Shown: positions 58,009 to 64,000 of the stretch, piece by piece
Numbering within the stretch: position 1 is the stretch's first letter
How the letters are laid out: each line of letters starts with the position of its first letter
Virus record (IMG/VR): IMGVR_UViG_3300048582_000118
Location: 687-64,686 of that record
Strand: one strand, 5' to 3'
Source of the DNA: a virus
Lineage: Duplodnaviria; Caudoviricetes
Length of the DNA stretch: 64,000 nucleotides
Notes under the pieces: model-generated
What the model was told of the DNA's origin: nothing
Database searches by the model: none
What the model saw: the letters and a program-made list of their open reading frames with translations, nothing else
Made by a program: the position numbers and the translations under genes

Positions 58009-58513
58009 AGGTGTCACATTACACGCAGAGCGGATCATAAAGGAAAACAAAGATAATTTCATAAAAGTCTCTAATGTAAGCCAATATATCGACGAATCGT
58101 TTGATTTTAATAAAGACGTCGATATCGGGCAACACAAACATTTATTAGATTTTTCATTCGACGGAACAACGAACAAATTTACTCATTTAGTAAAAGAGTT
58201 ATATCCGTGCTACGACATAGTGAATAGTGGTGGATTTTATTATCCACCAACTGGGTATATGAGTTGGCACACTAATTCTAACAAACCATGTAAGAGAGTT
58301 TACTTAGTCTATGCAGATGAAGATAATAAATCCTTTTTTAGGTGGAAAGATCCAGTGACAAACGAGATCGTTACTTCATACGATAATAAGGGTCTCACGA
58401 TACGAGAATTTGATGTAACAGGGCAAGCACCGTATCTCTGGCACTGTATATACAGCGATTGCAACAGGGTTAGCTTTGGATTTAGATTGCATGATACACG
58501 AAATGGCAAATGA
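57968..58513 (+). CDS. Cupin/2OG-Fe(II) oxygenase-like protein
   Basis: YYPPTGYMSWHTN ... WHCIYSDCNRVSFGFR (H-x-N...H...RxS double-stranded beta-helix pattern). Confidence 0.6.
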   Translation: MKNTKKSLNQRISEGVTLHAERIIKENKDNFIKVSNVSQYIDESFDFNKDVDIGQHKHLLDFSFDGTTNKFTHLVKELYPCYDIVNSGGFYYPPTGYMSWHTNSNKPCKRVYLVYADEDNKSFFRWKDPVTNEIVTSYDNKGLTIREFDVTGQAPYLWHCIYSDCNRVSFGFRLHDTRNGK

Positions 58514-58847
58514 GTGGGCAATAAGCGGTTTGCCCAACATGAAAGTTAATTGTACTAATTTAATTAGACTAATTAAATACAGGAACCTTTTGCCAGTAGA
58601 ATTATACATCAGCGACATAGCAAGAAAAGAATTAGAGTCAATTGATATCGACGGGATTCGGTACACCATTGCAGATATGAAATATCCGATAATAGTAGCC
58701 GAAGGTATGGAAAACCCCTATAACTTGCCGTTTAGATTAATTGACGGAAGGCACCGAATTCTAAAACATTTATATTTAAACAAAAAAACAGTACATTCTT
58801 ACGTTCTAACTAAAAACGATATACTAAGTTTTGCAGAATTAATGTGA
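58503..58847 (+). CDS. ParB/Sulfiredoxin-like domain protein
   Basis: AD.KYPIIV...RLIDGRHRI motif; start may be 58476 or 58503. Confidence 0.7.
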   Translation: MANEWAISGLPNMKVNCTNLIRLIKYRNLLPVELYISDIARKELESIDIDGIRYTIADMKYPIIVAEGMENPYNLPFRLIDGRHRILKHLYLNKKTVHSYVLTKNDILSFAELM

Positions 58848-58879
58848 TTGCCGTTATTGTTTTTATCTAAAAAACATAT

Positions 58880-58887
58880 GATAAATA
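58880..58887 (+). promoter_or_regulatory. Putative late promoter GATAAATA
   Basis: Upstream of the SD and ATG 58909; a second copy is at 58911-58918. Confidence 0.65.
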
Positions 58888-58908
58888 CATTAGAGCAAGG
58901 ATTTATAA

Positions 58909-59052
58909 ATGATAAATAAAGAAAGCAACCAAACTAAAGAAAGTTTACCCGATAAAAACAAGCCAGACGATTCTGCAAAAGTAGATGTCTTAGCACATGT
59001 TGTGATTAAAGATGTAGCATCGGGTAAAGTTATTGTTGACAAACGAGGATAG
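58909..59052 (+). CDS. Small (47 aa) protein; absent from the ORF track
   Basis: AAGGA SD; MINKESNQTKESLPDKNKPDDSAKVDVLAHVVIKDVASGKVIVDKRG; stop 1 nt before ATG 59054. Confidence 0.65.
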   Translation: MINKESNQTKESLPDKNKPDDSAKVDVLAHVVIKDVASGKVIVDKRG

Positions 59053-59053
59053 A

Positions 59054-59716
59054 ATGATAGAACAAATAGCCGGGTGCGTAATTGGACACATTACAGTCCG
59101 CGACTTTGAAACAAAAGAAGTCTTAATAGATAAGGACAATGCCGTGCATTACGGTAACATCTCGACTGAAATCGCGCAAGCATTAACCGGTGACCCGAAT
59201 TCGTTTATCACATATATGGCATTCGGGAACGGCGGCGTTATTATTGATTCATCCGGCGGGATTGTATATAGAAGTCCTAACACTAGCTTAAATAAGAATC
59301 CAAACGCACAACCGTATAATACTACCTTGGTGTTTGAGATGACTAACGCCGCAAGTAACGTAAGAGATCCGTTAGTTAAGGTTCCGCAAGAAAGTACGTT
59401 AACCGGTAATTACGAGGATATATTAGCCCAGGTAGTGCTAGTAGCTGGATTCCCGCAAGGACAAAAGAACATGGACAATGCTAGTGGTTCTAATAATCAG
59501 ATAATAGATGATTCTACTACATTCGTTTTTAACGAAATTGCACTATATTGCGGACCTAAAGGATTAGGTACATTAACTGAATCTACTCAGATACAGAATT
59601 TTATAGTTAACCCTAGCACAAGATTAATTACTCACGTGATTTTCCATCCTGTACAAAAATCGTTAAACAGGGTATTAGAAATCACTTATACACTAAGAAT
59701 ACAAATGGGAATTTAA
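59054..59716 (+). CDS. Baseplate/fibre-attachment structural protein
   Basis: GHITVRD, MAFGNGG, FVFNEIAL and THVIFHPVQKSLNR...YTLRI motifs; start ATG 59054 after GAGGA. Confidence 0.65.
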   Translation: MIEQIAGCVIGHITVRDFETKEVLIDKDNAVHYGNISTEIAQALTGDPNSFITYMAFGNGGVIIDSSGGIVYRSPNTSLNKNPNAQPYNTTLVFEMTNAASNVRDPLVKVPQESTLTGNYEDILAQVVLVAGFPQGQKNMDNASGSNNQIIDDSTTFVFNEIALYCGPKGLGTLTESTQIQNFIVNPSTRLITHVIFHPVQKSLNRVLEITYTLRIQMGI

Positions 59717-59726
59717 AGGATTAACC

Positions 59727-61559
59727 ATGTCATATTTAATTATAAGATCAGACCCGTCAAAAACGCCTATTACAGTAAACGACGGCACTGTAAACAGCGC
59801 CCCGTTGCTGAGTGTCGGTTTAGTCGGCAGAAATACTATTGACTATGGTCAGCCTATTGCCACTTCGCAAGTACACATGCTTGAGAACTTTGCAGATAGT
59901 GCTCCTCCCGTTAACCCTATACCGGGGCAACTGTGGTACGACAACGCTAATAAGTTACTCCACGTTAATACCGGCACAACCGACGGAGACAACACTTGGA
60001 CACCAATAGTGTCGTCTTCGGTACCTGTGCAAGAAGCGGATCCTGCGCTAGACGGTCTATCAAATATTGCACCTTCGCCAATTCCGGCTATTCCTGATTC
60101 GTTAGTTATGTCTACCGGCAACAACTCGTTTGTGTACCTCCCAGTTACTCTTTTTGCCCAAGGATTACTAAATGATCCAGACGCTGCGACTATGCGGACT
60201 ACACTAGGGCTAGGAAATGCTGCTACTCGTACGGTGCAAACTAATGATTTAGACACTACAGATGGAAGAGTATTAACTGTAGGCGCATTCGGTTTAGGCG
60301 TATTTGGCGCACAGCCGGCGTGGCCAAACACTAGCATAAATAACTGCTCGGGCGTCGGGTCGGGATCATATGCAACTATTGCTACTAATACGGATTTGCC
60401 GAATGTCGGCGGCGTACAATACACTAAACAGTGCTTGTTAGAGTTTAGAGTAAGAAGTACATTAACCGGTGATGTAGAGTATTTCCAACAGATAACTGAC
60501 GTTGATCAGAATCAAATGGCATTTCGGGTATCCAATGGTGCAGGTACATCAGCAGCTCCAATCTGGGGAACTTGGACAAACATGCTTGGTACAGGCGGCG
60601 GAGGCGGTGGTGTTTATCAGCCGCTGGACAACACCTTAACTGGATTGTCCGCGTTAACTACGGCAGCAAATCAGGTGATTTATTCCACAGGAGTAGATAC
60701 GTTTACTACAGGCGCTGCCGGTACAACCGGTAAAGTTGTAATGGCTGCCGATACTCCTGCCGCTGCAAGAACGACTTTAGAGCTAGCAAACTCCGCTACT
60801 ATATTAGCAACGACGGCAGCAACAGCAAACACAATTGTATTACGCGATAACAGCGGTAATGTTAGTATTTCCGGAATTACAGGAAATGCTGCTACTGCAA
60901 CGGCATTGCAGACGGCAAGAACAATAAACAGTGTGCCATTTGATGGTACAGCAAACATAACAATATTGGATTCGACTAAGTTACCCATAAACGGTTCCTC
61001 GCCGATGACCGGTAAACTTACTGTTTCATACAACGGCGGCTCAACGCCGATTTACAACTCAGGTCAAATAGAGTTAAACTCCGGGGGTACTAACCCAGTA
61101 TCAATAGGTTTTCAAAGAATAGGTGCATCAGCCTGTTCTTTAGTACATGTCGGTAACGGGCTAGAGCTAAAAGGGAATGACTGGAGCAACAGAGGAAACT
61201 TTTCATGTGCTGCTTTAAACGTCCAGGGCACCATCGTTGCATCTGGTGACATTACTGCATTCTCCGATGCAAGACTAAAGACTAACGTTTCTGTTATTGA
61301 AAATCCACTAGAGAAAATTAATAAATTACAGGGAGTAACTTATGATAGAATTGACACAGGTAAAAGAGAAACTGGACTTATTGCTCAAGAAGTGCAAAGA
61401 GTTTTGCCAGAAGCAGTACACGCAAGTGATGACGAAAATCAAACATTGAGTCTAGCATACGGCAACTTAGCAGGATTATTTGTAGAAGCATTTAAAGAAA
61501 TGTCCGATACCATTGCTGCGTTACAGGCAGAAGTTGCAGAATTAAAAGCCAGACAATGA
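59727..61559 (+). CDS. Tail fibre with Peptidase S74 chaperone
   Basis: Same anchor domain as 55816; GRVLTVGAFGLG; GDITAFSDARLKTN...GLIAQEV. Confidence 0.85.
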   Translation: MSYLIIRSDPSKTPITVNDGTVNSAPLLSVGLVGRNTIDYGQPIATSQVHMLENFADSAPPVNPIPGQLWYDNANKLLHVNTGTTDGDNTWTPIVSSSVPVQEADPALDGLSNIAPSPIPAIPDSLVMSTGNNSFVYLPVTLFAQGLLNDPDAATMRTTLGLGNAATRTVQTNDLDTTDGRVLTVGAFGLGVFGAQPAWPNTSINNCSGVGSGSYATIATNTDLPNVGGVQYTKQCLLEFRVRSTLTGDVEYFQQITDVDQNQMAFRVSNGAGTSAAPIWGTWTNMLGTGGGGGGVYQPLDNTLTGLSALTTAANQVIYSTGVDTFTTGAAGTTGKVVMAADTPAAARTTLELANSATILATTAATANTIVLRDNSGNVSISGITGNAATATALQTARTINSVPFDGTANITILDSTKLPINGSSPMTGKLTVSYNGGSTPIYNSGQIELNSGGTNPVSIGFQRIGASACSLVHVGNGLELKGNDWSNRGNFSCAALNVQGTIVASGDITAFSDARLKTNVSVIENPLEKINKLQGVTYDRIDTGKRETGLIAQEVQRVLPEAVHASDDENQTLSLAYGNLAGLFVEAFKEMSDTIAALQAEVAELKARQ

Positions 61560-61891
61560 CAGTTAACTACCGCAATAAAACCGTCAAAAACGTAGGTACC
61601 ACGCCCGTGGTGGTATGCACAGTACCCGAGGGCGTGCAATACCTTGTTGCTGGCCTAACTTTAGCAAATATTGTCGGGGCTACTGTGTTTGCCGATATAA
61701 CTTTAAGCAGCGCCGAAGACAATCACGAAGTCTACATAATTAAACGTGGTAAAATTCCAGTATCAATGACAATGGTGCCAGTCGCTAACGAAACAACGTT
61801 AACATTAGAAGCCGGCGATCAATTAAAAATTAAAAGCTCTACAGCAAACTCAATTGATGTAGTGTTGACTTATATGTCTCTAGATCCATAA
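61556..61891 (+). CDS. Small beta-rich virion protein
   Basis: 111 aa; GLTLAN...LEAGDQLKI.SS....DVVLTY pattern; translationally coupled on both sides. Confidence 0.6.
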   Translation: MTVNYRNKTVKNVGTTPVVVCTVPEGVQYLVAGLTLANIVGATVFADITLSSAEDNHEVYIIKRGKIPVSMTMVPVANETTLTLEAGDQLKIKSSTANSIDVVLTYMSLDP

Positions 61892-62856
61892 TGTCATTTT
61901 ATATAGGTAATATGCCGGCGAACCACGTCGGTGGCAACAATAGCAGCAACAAAGTAGGAAACTATATAACCGATGGCCGACTTGATTATTGGGATAACGG
62001 CACTTCTCAGTTAGCCGATGGATATTCTGCCACGATGTGGTACAGTACGCTGACAATGCAAAATCCACCAGAAGGATTGCCGCCGTTTATTTCTAGAGGA
62101 ACTTTAGAAATAAACGAAATATCAATTCCGACGGCCGTGTATTACATGAATGTAATAGTTCATCCAGATGCGACCGTTTCTGTAAGTCAAAAGATAGAAC
62201 AAGTTCGTACATTAGCAGGAAAAGATGCAATGTTGTCTTTTTGGATGTCTGCAGATGTTTCTACCGATATAGAAATAACAATCTCGCAACATTATAACGA
62301 TGCAACTGGCGCAAAAACAAATAGTGTGACACAAAATGTATATGTTGATACTACGTTTAATCAACATTATGTCCTATTCTCTTTGCCGCAACTAGAGGCA
62401 CTGCCTATTAATACAGGACACATAACAGTGTCATTTAAATTTTTTAATTCAACAGCATATAAGTTAACATGCGTTCAGTTAGCAGAAGATTCTTCAGACG
62501 AATTTGAAGAACTAACCCCGCAGGATGCATTGTTACGTTTAAACAGATATTATTATACTAGCGCATTATTGGGTAATTATTCTTACGGAGCATATAACAG
62601 CGGAGAAGTGCAAACATTTGTACTGCCTCTGCCTACTGTAATGAGAACAGTTCCTGTTATAACAGCCAGCGTATCTGTGACAAACGGATCGGGCAGTATA
62701 TCTGCATCGTCTGCTAATTCTGCCCTTCTCACTGTAAACAGCAGCGGAATTACACCCCCGGAACCAACTGTTCCGCCGGCACCTTCTCCTCCCTTCCCTT
62801 CCCCCACTACAGTATCTGCAACCATCGCTAATTTCGTAGCTGACGCTCGTTTTTAA
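61891..62856 (+). CDS. Fibre-associated carbohydrate-binding-like protein
   Basis: SQKIEQVRTLAGK...LSFW, VQL....FE......L....RYY, MRTVP and ADAR motifs typical of phage fibre tip modules. Confidence 0.55.
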   Translation: MSFYIGNMPANHVGGNNSSNKVGNYITDGRLDYWDNGTSQLADGYSATMWYSTLTMQNPPEGLPPFISRGTLEINEISIPTAVYYMNVIVHPDATVSVSQKIEQVRTLAGKDAMLSFWMSADVSTDIEITISQHYNDATGAKTNSVTQNVYVDTTFNQHYVLFSLPQLEALPINTGHITVSFKFFNSTAYKLTCVQLAEDSSDEFEELTPQDALLRLNRYYYTSALLGNYSYGAYNSGEVQTFVLPLPTVMRTVPVITASVSVTNGSGSISASSANSALLTVNSSGITPPEPTVPPAPSPPFPSPTTVSATIANFVADARF

Positions 62857-62869
62857 TTTCTTCGCATAT

Positions 62870-62877
62870 GATAAATA
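62870..62877 (+). promoter_or_regulatory. Putative late promoter GATAAATA
   Basis: Upstream of the GGAG SD and ATG 62905. Confidence 0.65.
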
Positions 62878-62904
62878 GTGTAATAGTTTACACGGAGAAA
62901 TAAT

Positions 62905-64000
62905 ATGCTAATTATCGGCGGATCGTCTTCTACTACGCTTGCTATCGCAAGCCCTAACGCTGCTGGGACTTCATCGGAATCTTTAGAAAATCTTAACGAT
63001 GTGAGTTTAACTTACCCGGTGGGGGATCCTACCGCCATGGCCGGCCAATTCCTAGTCTACGATGATAACAACGACGGTAATTATTTCTGGAGAAACAGAT
63101 CGTTGATGCTAACGGGCGCAAACGGAATTATAGTAGACCCTAATCCATTAAACGAATTTGAAAGAACTATTAGAGCAGATAACACTTTTATTAGAACTAA
63201 CCTCCCCAACCAAACCATTCAAGGTAACCTGACTGTCACCGGTGACATTGTGTACGGCGGAACAATTACTCAAGTAACCATACAGCCGGCGGTAATAGAG
63301 GAACCAGTACAAGTATTAAATGTAACTGCTTCTACTCCGCCAACCGACGGATACGGTGGAATGATAATTAACAGAGGTCCCGTTGATCCCGCCACTGGAT
63401 TAATTTTTGACGAGAGTATACAGCAATGGGTTAGACAAGACAGAACAGGATTTAATACATCTTCTCCTACATTTCCCGATGCAGCATCTATGGGAACTGT
63501 AGTTACAACTCCGCCTGTGATACCGCCTAATCTGTCGGGCGCTGTTGCAACAAAAGATGTCATATGGTCAGCATGGAACGACGGTGAAAATTCGGGTCTT
63601 GATGCCGACTTACTTGATGGTCGTCAGGGTTCATTTTATCAGAATGCCACTAATTTAACAGCGGGCTTTCTTCCTGTCGGCAGATTGCCGGCGTTTACCG
63701 GAGATGTTCTTTCCACATCGGGGACTAACGTTAACACCCTAATCAATACCGGGGTAGTAGCAGGTACGTACGGCACCGGCGGTGTTGTCCCTGTCATTAC
63801 CGTTGATACAAAAGGCAGAATAACCGCCGCAACAACTGCTGCATTAGCAGGCGCAACAAATGCTGTTCCAGGTGTCATTGCAACTGCTACTCAAGCAGAA
63901 ACTGTAGCAGGCGTTATCTCAAATAAAGCAGTAACGCCAAATAGTTTAAGTGCTGCACTTGCAGGAAAACAGCCTATAGATCCTACGCTAACAGGTATAT
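62905..64000 (+). CDS. Tail fibre protein (runs off the window end; absent from the ORF track)
   Basis: Frame open to the end: MLIIGGSS...SGLDADLLDGRQGSFY...FTGDVLSTSGTNVN...TVDTKGRIT, paralogous to the 16137..19172 fibre. Confidence 0.8.
   Translation, partial: MLIIGGSSSTTLAIASPNAAGTSSESLENLNDVSLTYPVGDPTAMAGQFLVYDDNNDGNYFWRNRSLMLTGANGIIVDPNPLNEFERTIRADNTFIRTNLPNQTIQGNLTVTGDIVYGGTITQVTIQPAVIEEPVQVLNVTASTPPTDGYGGMIINRGPVDPATGLIFDESIQQWVRQDRTGFNTSSPTFPDAASMGTVVTTPPVIPPNLSGAVATKDVIWSAWNDGENSGLDADLLDGRQGSFYQNATNLTAGFLPVGRLPAFTGDVLSTSGTNVNTLINTGVVAGTYGTGGVVPVITVDTKGRITAATTAALAGATNAVPGVIATATQAETVAGVISNKAVTPNSLSAALAGKQPIDPTLTGI

Noticed and set aside
43328-63878. Minus-strand ORFs within baseplate and fibre genes (e.g. 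56310..56888, 59849..60424)
   Set aside because: Fully nested antisense to well-supported CDSs.
1-64000. Stop-codon reassignment, as seen in some jumbo phages
   Set aside because: Conserved and giant genes read through intact in the standard code, and TAA, TGA and TAG all terminate genes at sensible positions.

Overview
This 64-kb window is the virion-morphogenesis region of a large T4-related (jumbo) myovirus; its layout resembles RaK2/GAP32/Atu_ph07-type phages, but that placement is inference. It carries gp14/gp15-like neck genes, a NUDIX gene and a minus-strand fibre operon that includes a 3158-aa repeat protein. It also carries a nuclease/GNAT-like gene, the head module (gp23, gp22, gp21, core, gp20), a tape-measure-like gene and gp26/gp51-like hub chaperones. 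A gp55-gp47-gp46-resolvase operon, the baseplate (gp48/53/27/5/25/6-like plus a 3187-aa protein) and several tail fibres follow. A GATAAATA late-promoter motif precedes nearly every structural operon. The most notable signals are: (1) the gp15-like gene apparently needs a -1 frameshift at codons 3-4 (SD + T_TTT_TTT + 6-nt spacer + perfect hairpin), and the same T_TTT_TTT_AC site plus a stem-loop recurs at the gp26/gp51 junction; (2) an unannotated 71-aa head-region gene whose only plausible full-length start is AUU; (3) probable leaderless late mRNAs; (4) a ~1-kb ORF-free, densely structured region with crossed helices (31045-32060), a candidate large ncRNA or origin. I recognised no tRNA, rRNA or CRISPR array. 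All protein calls come from motif recognition and synteny, not from database searches.
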